Shown here one piece after another: positions 18,571-27,160 of a DNA stretch of 62,212 bases (position 1 is its first letter; every line of letters begins with the position of its first letter). The translations under genes were made by a program, and so were the position numbers. The stretch is from a virus (lineage: Duplodnaviria > Caudoviricetes), in IMG/VR virus record IMGVR_UViG_3300025138_000039, positions 1 through 62,212 of that record, one strand, 5' to 3'. The notes under the pieces were generated by a model that was given only the letters and a program-made list of their open reading frames with translations, was not told where the DNA came from and did no database searches.

Positions 18571-18905
18571 AACTCACAAAAGAAGCATTAAAGCAAATCA
18601 TCAAAGAAGAACTAGAGCAAGTTGTTGATGAGGGATACACTGCGGGTGGTGATTTTCCAATGCCAAAGGCGTCCATGGGGGTCGCATACGACTTCAATGA
18701 TGAGCAAAAAAAAGCTTTGAAATGGGGAATTGACCAGCTAGAAAGGGGTCCTAAGAACTATGATTGGTCAGCCAAAGTTCTCAGACATTTAGCTTATAGA
18801 CATCCTGCCTTTAAGGGAGAGAATTATCCAACAATGGCATTGCAAGATCAAATGAAAATAATGGGATACAAAGGAAAAATTTACACAACTACCGCTGTTC
18901 CATAA
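18567..18905 (+). CDS. MKLTKEALKQIIKEE-leader protein (putative internal head protein)
   Basis: ATGA overlap; shared leader. Confidence 0.7.
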   Translation: MKLTKEALKQIIKEELEQVVDEGYTAGGDFPMPKASMGVAYDFNDEQKKALKWGIDQLERGPKNYDWSAKVLRHLAYRHPAFKGENYPTMALQDQMKIMGYKGKIYTTTAVP

Positions 18906-18924
18906 GATATAGTATCGAGGTTAG

Positions 18925-20502
18925 ATGAAACTCACCAAAAATGAAATTGTTAAAGAACTTGTAAGATGCGGAAAAGATCCTCAATACTTCATTGATAATT
19001 ATTGTAAGATCTCCCATCCAATGCACGGGCAAATCCCTTTTAAGACGTATGACTATCAAAAGGACATGCTCAAAAACTTTAACGATTACCGTTTTAACGT
19101 AATTTTAAAAGCAAGGCAGCTCGGGATATCAACCATCTCGGCTGCTTATGTCGCTTGGTTCATGTTATTCCACCGAGAAAAGAATGTTCTCGTAATCGCA
19201 ACAAAACTATCCACAGCTGTGAATCTAGTAAAGAAGGTCAAGATGATCTTCAAGAACCTTCCATCGTGGATGATGATTGCGAAAATCGCAACAGACAACA
19301 AGCAATCATTCGAGTTGACAAACGGTTCTCAAGTTAAAGCCGGAACCACATCAGGCGATGCTGGTCGTTCAGAAGCACTGTCGCTTCTCATTATAGACGA
19401 GGCAGCGTTCGTTGACGGCCTTGAAGAGCTTTGGACGGGTCTTTACCCTACTTTGTCTACAGGGGGCCGCTGTATCGCTCTGAGCACCCCCAACGGCGTT
19501 GGAAACTGGTTCCACAAGTCTTACACTGAAGCTGAGAATGAAATGAATGATTTCTTTCCCACAAAGTTAATGTGGGATGTACACCCTGAGAGAGACGAAG
19601 AGTGGTTCTCAAAAGAGACGCGAAATATGTCCAAGAGGCAAATCGCGCAGGAGCTTGAGTGCTCGTTCAATGCATCTGGTGAGACAGTCATTAATCCAGA
19701 AGACTTACAGATATTACATGCTGGAGTTACGGATCCAAAATATAAAACCGGTTACGACAGAAACTATTGGATTTGGGAAAGGCATGAAGAAGGAGTTCCA
19801 TATCTTTTGGTAGCTGATGTTGCCCGTGGAGATGGTACTGATTTTTCTTGCTTCCACATATTAAGAGTGGACACTATGACCGTTGTAGCCGAATACCAAG
19901 GAAAACCAGACTTGGACATGTACGCAGATATACTCTATTCAGCCGGAAGTGAATATGGGACTTGCCTTCTAGTCGTGGAAAATAATGGAATCGGCATAGC
20001 CGTTTTGGAAAAATTAAAAGACTTAGAGTATAAAAAAATATATTACTCAATCAAGTCAACTCATGATTATGTCGAGTCTTATTTGGCCGAGAATGACGAC
20101 AGAGCCGTGCTTGGCTTTACAACGTCAACCAAGACAAGACCCTTAATCGTAGCCAAATTGGAAGAATACGTTAGAAACAAACTAATTAATATACACTCTA
20201 ATCGTGTTTTTCACGAACTAAAAACTTTTATTTGGCACAACGGCAAGCCTCAAGCAATGCGATCTTACAATGATGATTTGGTTATGTCCCTAGCAATCGC
20301 ATGCTGGGTGAGAGACACGGCCCTATCAGAAAATGAAAGAGACATGGCTTACAAAAAGGCAATGATCGGTGGTTTGATGAAGTCGACAACAACGATGAAT
20401 ACTCAAATCAAAGGCCAAAAGATCTATAAAGAAACGTTCGAGCAGAAATACGAGGAGGAGATAGAAAAAACAAAAAACTTTTTGTGGATATACAAAGGAT
20501 AA
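18925..20502 (+). CDS. terL: Terminase large subunit (T4 gp17-like)
   Basis: Walker A KARQLGIST; Walker B LIIDEAAF; STPNG coupling motif; nuclease ADVARG, VVENN, DDLVMS. Confidence 0.96.
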   Translation: MKLTKNEIVKELVRCGKDPQYFIDNYCKISHPMHGQIPFKTYDYQKDMLKNFNDYRFNVILKARQLGISTISAAYVAWFMLFHREKNVLVIATKLSTAVNLVKKVKMIFKNLPSWMMIAKIATDNKQSFELTNGSQVKAGTTSGDAGRSEALSLLIIDEAAFVDGLEELWTGLYPTLSTGGRCIALSTPNGVGNWFHKSYTEAENEMNDFFPTKLMWDVHPERDEEWFSKETRNMSKRQIAQELECSFNASGETVINPEDLQILHAGVTDPKYKTGYDRNYWIWERHEEGVPYLLVADVARGDGTDFSCFHILRVDTMTVVAEYQGKPDLDMYADILYSAGSEYGTCLLVVENNGIGIAVLEKLKDLEYKKIYYSIKSTHDYVESYLAENDDRAVLGFTTSTKTRPLIVAKLEEYVRNKLINIHSNRVFHELKTFIWHNGKPQAMRSYNDDLVMSLAIACWVRDTALSENERDMAYKKAMIGGLMKSTTTMNTQIKGQKIYKETFEQKYEEEIEKTKNFLWIYKG

Positions 20503-20505
20503 AAA

Positions 20506-22431
20506 ATGGCTCGTAACGAAAGAAACCCTAATAATAATAAGAATGACTTATTTAAATCTTTAACAAGAATGTTCTCGGGACCTCTAACACAGAGAAGAAC
20601 CCAGTCAGGCAGACAAATAAGACGCCGGCATTTAGATATGTATGCAAAAAGATTTAGAACCGCATCCGGCCAACAGTTCAAGAAGACTGAATATAATCCG
20701 ATGAACGTCATGGCTTTGAACATGATTACAAACAGAAACCGTTCAGAGCGTTACGTCGACTTCGACCAAATGGAATTCACACCTGAAATCGCATCATCTC
20801 TCGACATCTACGCAGACGAGATGACCACTCACTCAGCATTGACTCCAATGCTCCACATTAAGTGTCCGAATGATGAAATTAAATATATTCTACATTCACT
20901 ATATTACAGTGTAATGAATATCGAACACAATCTCTTTGGTTGGGCTAGGACTATGTGTAAGTATGGAGACATGTTTTTATACTTAGATCTGGATGAAGAG
21001 AAGGGATTACAAAATTGTATTGGACTCCCACCTCAAGAAGTTGAAAGGCTTGAAGGTGAAGACCCAACAAACCCAAACTACGTCCAGTTTCAGTGGAACT
21101 CAGCCGGACTAACTCTAGAGAATTGGCAAATGGCTCACTTTAGAGTTCTTGGAAACGACAAACATGCTCCATACGGAACATCGGCTTTAGAACCCTCTAG
21201 ACGCATCTGGAGACAACTTACGCTCCTCGAGGACGCAATGATGGCCTACCGCATTACAAGGTCACCAGAACGGCGTGTGTTTAAAATTGACGTCGGTGGA
21301 ATCGCACCTCAAGATGTCGAAGGGTACATGCAAAAAGTCATGACACAAATGAAGCGCCACCAAGTTGTAGATCCCACATCTGGTCGTGTGGATTTGCGTT
21401 ACAATCCACTATCGATTGAGGAAGATTATTTTATACCAGTTAAGGGTGGGCAGTCTTCTACCAACATCGAAAATCTACCTGGTGGAGCATTCACAGCACA
21501 GATCGAAGACGTGAAGTATCTCCGCGACAAATTGTTCTCAGCATTAAAAGTTCCTCAATCGTATCTCTCCATGGGAGAAGGTTCCACTGAGGATAAGACA
21601 ACTCTCGCACAAAAAGACATTAGATTTGCCAGAACAATCCAAAGGCTACAAAGAGTATTGATCACTGAACTTGAAAAGATCGGAATTGTTCACCTATACA
21701 CTCTTGGGTATCGTGGTGATGACTTATTAAACTTTAAACTAAGTCTCAACAATCCATCTAAGATTGCCGAGATGCAAGAGCTAGAACACTGGAAGACTAA
21801 GTTTGATATTGCTGGAGCAGCAACAGAGGGCTATTTCTCACGTCGTTGGGTTTCTGAAAATCTACTTGGATTATCTCAAGACGAATATTTGAGAATGCAA
21901 AGAGAAATGTTCTCAGACAAAAAGTTCATGGCTGGACTTGAAGCAGCAGGCACTGCACCTGAAGGTGGAGACGCCGGTGGTGGGGACCTAGGTGGAGACT
22001 TAGGTGGTGATCTTGGAGGAGATTTAGGTGGAGATGATCTTGGAGGAGACTTAGGTGGAGATGATCTTGGAGGCGATGCACCTGCTGCAGATGCTGCAGG
22101 AGATGAACCAGATTTACTAGCCGAGCCACCAGCGAAGCGTGATGATGACTCAAAACCAAATAAGAGAGGTCCATACAAGAAGCACAAGATCTCTTATCGT
22201 AAGGGCGGGTTCGCGAAGCAAATGAAGAACCAAGCATTTAGCGGAGAAGTTCGTGGGTCAACATCTAGAACAACCTTTCCCGGAAAGGTTGGCTTTGGTG
22301 GGCTTGACTCATTAGCGAGAGGGATTTATGAAGAAAATGAAAATGAAGAAGAGAAACTATTTAACACAAGCAGCGAAATGAAGTCGCTGATTGAATCACT
22401 AAGCAGAAAGGAAGACACAGATGAAACTTAA
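20506..22431 (+). CDS. Portal protein (T4 gp20-like)
   Basis: LLEDAMMAYRITRSPERRVFKIDVG, EDYFIP, IENLPGG, IEDVKYLRDKLFSALKVP. Confidence 0.95.
   Translation: MARNERNPNNNKNDLFKSLTRMFSGPLTQRRTQSGRQIRRRHLDMYAKRFRTASGQQFKKTEYNPMNVMALNMITNRNRSERYVDFDQMEFTPEIASSLDIYADEMTTHSALTPMLHIKCPNDEIKYILHSLYYSVMNIEHNLFGWARTMCKYGDMFLYLDLDEEKGLQNCIGLPPQEVERLEGEDPTNPNYVQFQWNSAGLTLENWQMAHFRVLGNDKHAPYGTSALEPSRRIWRQLTLLEDAMMAYRITRSPERRVFKIDVGGIAPQDVEGYMQKVMTQMKRHQVVDPTSGRVDLRYNPLSIEEDYFIPVKGGQSSTNIENLPGGAFTAQIEDVKYLRDKLFSALKVPQSYLSMGEGSTEDKTTLAQKDIRFARTIQRLQRVLITELEKIGIVHLYTLGYRGDDLLNFKLSLNNPSKIAEMQELEHWKTKFDIAGAATEGYFSRRWVSENLLGLSQDEYLRMQREMFSDKKFMAGLEAAGTAPEGGDAGGGDLGGDLGGDLGGDLGGDDLGGDLGGDDLGGDAPAADAAGDEPDLLAEPPAKRDDDSKPNKRGPYKKHKISYRKGGFAKQMKNQAFSGEVRGSTSRTTFPGKVGFGGLDSLARGIYEENENEEEKLFNTSSEMKSLIESLSRKEDTDET
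21978..22077 (+). repeat. Low-complexity (GGD[D]L)n repeat in the portal C-terminal tail
   Basis: GGDLGGDLGGDLGGDLGGDDLGGDLGGDDLGGD. Confidence 0.9.
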
Positions 22432-22951
22432 CAAAGAAGCACTTAAGCAAATTATCAAAGAAGAGCTCGAAGCTGTTTTGGACGAATCTAAATTGTTACG
22501 CCAATTTTCAAAAGATAAAGAAGACGAATTTAAACAATACATTAGAGACATGGGCAAAGATCCTGACGATGTATTCGCTGCACTTGGGCCCGGTGGTGTC
22601 GAAGTGATGGGCCAAACTTTGGTTGGTCGTGAGTACCCTACTAGTAAGCCAATGAGTGATGAAGTCAAACTTATGACCGCTGTTAAAGAGATGGAAAAAC
22701 TCCAAGACTCAACAAACTTAAACGATTTTTACGACCCAGACTCTACTGGGACTTCGATCTTTTCTAGGGTGATAGAGTTGGTTCCTGAATTGATGAAAAT
22801 AAATGCTGTTAAGAGAGTCTTAGATAAAGCAGGTAGCCCTACAGCAGTAACTGCGAAAATAGGCAAACGTGTGACTTATCTCCGAATTGATAGAACAATA
22901 ATGAGATTACTTGGAAATTACCAACCGGTTCTTTCAAGATATGATAAATAA
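22421..22951 (+). CDS. MKLNKEALKQIIKEE-leader protein (putative internal head protein)
   Basis: Shared leader; ACTATTTA at 22356-22363 upstream. Confidence 0.7.
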   Translation: MKLNKEALKQIIKEELEAVLDESKLLRQFSKDKEDEFKQYIRDMGKDPDDVFAALGPGGVEVMGQTLVGREYPTSKPMSDEVKLMTAVKEMEKLQDSTNLNDFYDPDSTGTSIFSRVIELVPELMKINAVKRVLDKAGSPTAVTAKIGKRVTYLRIDRTIMRLLGNYQPVLSRYDK

Positions 22952-22961
22952 GGATATAAAC

Positions 22962-23777
22962 ATGAAACACAATAAGAAAAGAAATACCGCTTTTCTTTAC
23001 GAATGCCTGATTCGTGAATTAACAAAAGCAATTTTAAAAGAAGACATTCAAAGACAATCAAAAGTCAAAGGTCTCTTAAGAGAGTTCTATACCAAAGGAA
23101 AGCTTCTTTCGAAAGAGCTTGGTGTATACAAATCTCTCTTGGAGAGTAGAGAACTCAATCAAGACTTTTCAAAGCGACTTATGGTTGAAACCAAAAAAGA
23201 CTTTAGTGACTTAGATAGGAAAGAAATTTTCAACGAGCAAACGGCATTGATTAACAAGATCAACAAAGCTCTGGGTAATAAAGTTTTTTCAAACTTTGTT
23301 CCAAACTACAAAGACATAGCAACGATTGGATTATACTTTCAGAACTCAAACCTTGGAGCGAAAAAGAGGATCATGCTTGAAGACAAAGTAGTAAACTTTC
23401 TTACCAGATTGGACGAAAACCAGACAGAAATGAAACCGGTTGACCAACTTGAATTCAAAATGTTTGTCAAGAGATTTAACAACACATATCAACACAGCCT
23501 CTTAAAAGAGCAGAAAGAACTGCTAAGCAACTTCATTGTATCATTTTCCGATAATGGCTTGGGTTTAAAATCTTATTTGAATGATGAAATTGGACGACTC
23601 AAAGAAGCTGTATCTGCCCACATTGTAGAGGAGAATACATCTCCTATAAGTGAAAATTTTAAGAAAGTTAGAGCAAAGCTCGATAGTTATTCGAAAACCC
23701 CTTTAAGTTCAAAGATTATTGAAGAAGTATTTTATATTCAAGATCTTCTAGCGGAGGTAGATCGCAATGTCAGTTAG
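22962..23777 (+). CDS. Helical head-module hypothetical protein (MKHNKKRNT...)
   Basis: AAGGA RBS before ATG 22962; lies between portal and protease. Confidence 0.65.
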   Translation: MKHNKKRNTAFLYECLIRELTKAILKEDIQRQSKVKGLLREFYTKGKLLSKELGVYKSLLESRELNQDFSKRLMVETKKDFSDLDRKEIFNEQTALINKINKALGNKVFSNFVPNYKDIATIGLYFQNSNLGAKKRIMLEDKVVNFLTRLDENQTEMKPVDQLEFKMFVKRFNNTYQHSLLKEQKELLSNFIVSFSDNGLGLKSYLNDEIGRLKEAVSAHIVEENTSPISENFKKVRAKLDSYSKTPLSSKIIEEVFYIQDLLAEVDRNVS

Positions 23778-24345
23778 TATTAATGTAGTGGATAATGAAG
23801 AGACACCACTTCCAATAGATACTCCGGATGATGGGCTTACAATTAAGGTCGTCGAGAAAGACACAGTTGAAGCAAAATTAAAACTTCGATCCTCCATCAA
23901 TGGTGATTTGATGATCATGGACCATAAAGATATCGATATTGTAATCAAACAATCTGATAAGAAAGTTGTAGCTTTTGCGAAAGAAACTTTGTCCGACCTT
24001 GTCTATGGCGCAGAAGCAAGGTTATTCGAATACTTAAGGAAGAATGGGTTGATCGAAATTGATTCAATACAAGGCGGCAATATATATGGCTCACTTGAGG
24101 GTAAACTACAAGAAGGCAATAAGGTCATAGAGATCACACTACTTAAGATAGCCGAGTGGATGGAAGGTGAAGAGCCAATGATTGCTGGAAGAACTGGGTA
24201 TGACGACATGCAAGATGACCATCTGCTTGAACCAGATGGAGAATATTCAACAGAGCTTGGAGAAGTACCAGCAGCTGAAGAAAAAGGCTCAATTAACCAA
24301 TCAACTCTTTTTGCGCCATACATGTATGGTAGATATGCATACTGA
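23767..24345 (+). CDS. Hypothetical acidic protein
   Basis: GGAGG RBS; overlaps neighbouring genes. Confidence 0.65.
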   Translation: MSVSINVVDNEETPLPIDTPDDGLTIKVVEKDTVEAKLKLRSSINGDLMIMDHKDIDIVIKQSDKKVVAFAKETLSDLVYGAEARLFEYLRKNGLIEIDSIQGGNIYGSLEGKLQEGNKVIEITLLKIAEWMEGEEPMIAGRTGYDDMQDDHLLEPDGEYSTELGEVPAAEEKGSINQSTLFAPYMYGRYAY

Positions 24346-24695
24346 TGAAACACTTAAAGCCTTTATTTATTGAGAATAGCAAGATACCCGTCTGGTTGTC
24401 TTACGTAGCACCAATCAACATCGGTGCAATTACCTTGGGCCCGATTGTTATATCTCGTGATGAAATGTCCGAGACGACAAAAAGACACGAAACAATTCAC
24501 TATCAACAATACATCGAACTCGGATTCATCGGTTTCCCAATACTCTATCTTGGTTGGTGGGCTTGGAATTTGTTAAAAGGTCAAGCCGGAGACGCAGCTT
24601 ATTTCAACATTCCATTTGAAAAAGAAGCTTACCAAAATGACGAAGACGAAAACTATCTTGAAAATAGAAAACGATACTGCTGGTGGAATTTATGA
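24345..24695 (+). CDS. HExxH zincin-like metallopeptidase-fold protein
   Basis: AITLGP...RHETIHYQQ...IPFEKEAY. Confidence 0.65.
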   Translation: MKHLKPLFIENSKIPVWLSYVAPINIGAITLGPIVISRDEMSETTKRHETIHYQQYIELGFIGFPILYLGWWAWNLLKGQAGDAAYFNIPFEKEAYQNDEDENYLENRKRYCWWNL

Positions 24696-25426
24696 ATCAA
24701 AAGCTTATAATGGAAAACTGGAGACGCTTTCTCAAAGAAGAAAAGAAGAGAGGCATCCGCCTAAGTGATGAAGTTGTCTGCTTGAGAGCAGAGATCAGCC
24801 CCAAAAGCGATGCAGAGTTCACACTCTATACTCCAGGACCTGGAACAGAGGCAGCAGAGAAGATTGCTGGGTTGGAAATAATAGGACAAGTAAACATTTC
24901 AAGTCTTAAAAGTAGTGGACCATGCCTGACGGCAGATGGGAAGAATCCATCTTGGCACGTGGAAGCCATTCACACAGCGGAGAAGTACAGAAACGTTGGC
25001 TACGGAACCCTCCTTTATGGGTTTGCATTTTATGTAGCGAAGAATGATAACGCTGGTCTTACATCGGACAAGGACTCGGGATCAAAAAAAGACGCCGTTA
25101 TCAAGTGGGATTCATTCGAGAAGAATACTCAAACGTTTGATAAGGTAACGACTCCTGCTGGTAACGATACTTTTGACTATGATAATACAACACCCGATCC
25201 AGCCGATGACTGTGATGTGCTAGTGGATGATGCGGACAATGCTACCGACTTTAGTTTCGATCACAAGAACCCACAAGTTTATGAGCAGTCGATGGCGATG
25301 TATGAAGGGAACCATATGGAATTCCTTGATGAAGTAATTGACTCTGGATTCATGAGCGAGAGAGAGTTTAATAAGTTTTTAGACCAAGCCGCCTTCAAGA
25401 GCTTTACAGATGAATACGACGATTGA
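24692..25426 (+). CDS. GNAT-fold acetyltransferase with KLIMENWRRFLKEE leader
   Basis: VEAIHTAEKYRNVGYGTLLY matches GNAT motif A (RxxGxG); ATGA overlap. Confidence 0.65.
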   Translation: MNQKLIMENWRRFLKEEKKRGIRLSDEVVCLRAEISPKSDAEFTLYTPGPGTEAAEKIAGLEIIGQVNISSLKSSGPCLTADGKNPSWHVEAIHTAEKYRNVGYGTLLYGFAFYVAKNDNAGLTSDKDSGSKKDAVIKWDSFEKNTQTFDKVTTPAGNDTFDYDNTTPDPADDCDVLVDDADNATDFSFDHKNPQVYEQSMAMYEGNHMEFLDEVIDSGFMSEREFNKFLDQAAFKSFTDEYDD

Positions 25427-25441
25427 CTACAAGAGGCTCAC

Positions 25442-25771
25442 TTGGAACTTTTAAATTTTATTTTAGCAGCATACGGTATGACTTTCATGATTGTGCATGG
25501 TAAAATCTTCGAAGACATCCGCCCCAAGAAGGATTATACAAAGAAGTGGAACACTCTGTGGAACTGTCCATTGTGTGTAGGCTTTCATGTAGGTTGGTTT
25601 TTAATGCTCCTTTCCCCATTTACTGAACTATTTAGTTTCGAGTATTCTTTCGGGAATGCATTTGTTCTTGGCTGCGTTTCAGCTGGTACATCTTATTTAA
25701 TTTCGGTCTTAGTCGATGATTTTGGACTAAGGCTATCGTCGAGATCAGGAGGTGATTATGTCGATGATTAA
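25442..25771 (+). CDS. Membrane protein with CxxC (DUF1360-like)
   Basis: TTG start after GAGG; three hydrophobic segments; LWNCPLCVGFHVG. Confidence 0.6.
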   Translation: MELLNFILAAYGMTFMIVHGKIFEDIRPKKDYTKKWNTLWNCPLCVGFHVGWFLMLLSPFTELFSFEYSFGNAFVLGCVSAGTSYLISVLVDDFGLRLSSRSGGDYVDD

Positions 25772-25817
25772 GCGCTGGGTTTTACAACCCGTCCGTCGCT
25801 GTTGCAGCGGATCGTAG
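25758..25817 (+). CDS. Possible 19-aa peptide MSMIKRWVLQPVRRCCSGS
   Basis: AGGAGG 5 nt upstream of the ATG; below the ORF-track length cutoff. Confidence 0.4.
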   Translation: MSMIKRWVLQPVRRCCSGS

Positions 25818-25840
25818 CTCGGGCAGGTAACGCCTGCTAA

Positions 25841-25870
25841 GGGTGGAGCTAAGCTCTGCCCACCTTTTTT
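25841..25870 (+). terminator. Hairpin + T tract (terminator/attenuator) before the protease gene
   Basis: GGGTGGAGC-TAA-GCTCTGCCC-ACC-TTTTTT. Confidence 0.55.
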
Positions 25871-25886
25871 ATTAATGGAGAGAAGA

Positions 25887-26510
25887 ATGTCTAAACAATT
25901 ACTAAGAGAGTTCCATGCGCTTTGTCCGGATGGAAGGTGCCTTGATCTCTTAACTGAAAGAGAAAAGAGAGAAGTTGTTGAAGATGGCGCGGTCTACTTG
26001 ACTGGTCGGATTCAGACTGCGGACAAAAAGAATGGAAACGGTCGTAAGTATCCACACAAAGTTCTCAAGAGAGAGATGGATAATTACATGGCTATCGTTA
26101 AAGACAACAGAGCGTGTGGTGAATTAGATCACCCTGATGACTCCGTAATTAACCTTAAGAACGTTTCTCACATGGTCACAGACTGTTGGTGGGAAGGCAA
26201 GGACGTAATGGGCAAGATCAAGGTCTTAGACACTCCTAGCGGTAGAATCCTAAAGGACCTCATCAATGCTGGTGTTAAGCTTGGGATTTCATCTCGTGGA
26301 CTTGGATCTGTTCGAGAATCTATGGGAACAACAGTTGTAGAAGAAGACTTCCAACTAATTTGCTTTGATATCGTGTCCGAACCATCAACCCCAGATGCCT
26401 ATGTTTATCCGGGCGAAAGCTCTAGAAAGCCAACTAGATTCTCGACAAAGTTGCGAGAACAAAAAGAAAACAATATTGACAATCTATTTAAAAAGATTCT
26501 TGGAGATTAA
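25887..26510 (+). CDS. Prohead protease (T4 gp21-like)
   Basis: NGNGRKY, GELDHP, LKNVSH, LGISSRGLGS, FDIVSEPSTPDAY. Confidence 0.95.
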   Translation: MSKQLLREFHALCPDGRCLDLLTEREKREVVEDGAVYLTGRIQTADKKNGNGRKYPHKVLKREMDNYMAIVKDNRACGELDHPDDSVINLKNVSHMVTDCWWEGKDVMGKIKVLDTPSGRILKDLINAGVKLGISSRGLGSVRESMGTTVVEEDFQLICFDIVSEPSTPDAYVYPGESSRKPTRFSTKLREQKENNIDNLFKKILGD

Positions 26511-26936
26511 ATGAACAAAGAACAATTAAGAAAAACCTTAAAGCCACTCATCAAAGAGTGTATCAAAGAGGTAATTTTTGAAGAAGGAGTTCTCTCTGGA
26601 ATCATTTCAGAGGTTGTCAAGGGAACAGGTGGTCAACGTATTGTCGAAACCCGAACTCAACCCACTTATCAAAAACCACAAATAGATCAAGAAGCACAGC
26701 AAAGAAAACTGAAAGAACACCGACGAAGAATGATTGACTCAATCGGGTCCGATGCATACAATGGTGTGGACTTGTTTGAAGGTACAAAGCCTTTGAGTCA
26801 ACAAGCAGCAGGCAAATCTTCCGGAGGTCATGGTTCAAAAGCCCTTGAGGGTGTTGCACCAAATGATCCCGGCGTTGATATCTCAGCTTTCGGAATGTCT
26901 TCAGCTATTTGGTCAAAATTAGCAAAGGGAAAATAA
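26511..26936 (+). CDS. Head-module hypothetical protein with leader-like LIKECIKEVIFEE N-terminus
   Basis: GGAG RBS; lies between protease and bS21. Confidence 0.65.
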   Translation: MNKEQLRKTLKPLIKECIKEVIFEEGVLSGIISEVVKGTGGQRIVETRTQPTYQKPQIDQEAQQRKLKEHRRRMIDSIGSDAYNGVDLFEGTKPLSQQAAGKSSGGHGSKALEGVAPNDPGVDISAFGMSSAIWSKLAKGK

Positions 26937-27130
26937 TGGCTACCAATTACAAAATGAAACCTCGCAAAGGCGAGACGATGGAAAAATTCATCAAACGATT
27001 TACCAAAAAGTGCAAGAAACTTGGAATCATTCAAGAAGTCCGAGATCACAGACATTTTACTTCTGACTCTGAGAAAAAGAGACTCGCACGTAAAAAATGG
27101 AGATCACGGATCAAGAAGAACAAGGATTAA
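26936..27130 (+). CDS. rpsU: Ribosomal protein bS21
   Basis: RKGETMEKFIKRFTKKCKKLGIIQEVRDHRHFTSDSEKKR matches the bS21 pattern (E..E..L+RF++....G+..E.+.+..+..PS..R); 64 aa, basic. Confidence 0.88.
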   Translation: MATNYKMKPRKGETMEKFIKRFTKKCKKLGIIQEVRDHRHFTSDSEKKRLARKKWRSRIKKNKD

Positions 27131-27137
27131 CTATTTA
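27130..27137 (+). promoter_or_regulatory. Putative late promoter ACTATTTA
   Basis: Recurring motif, followed by a GAGGAG RBS. Confidence 0.6.
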
Positions 27138-27160
27138 GTCCTAAAAGAGAGGAGAGATTT

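Noticed and set aside
18925-20502. Intein or intron in terminase (also checked primase, PolA, MCP)
   Set aside because: ORFs are continuous; no C...HN splice motifs or homing endonuclease seen
10236-22470. Leader repeats as a CRISPR array or integron attC sites
   Set aside because: Repeats are coding, dispersed and non-palindromic, the intervals are whole genes, and no cas or integrase gene is in the window
25800-25840. Active selenocysteine or stop-codon readthrough at the micro-ORF
   Set aside because: Cys codons are TGT/TGC and the stop is TAG; there is no in-frame TGA, so a SECIS is at most a relic
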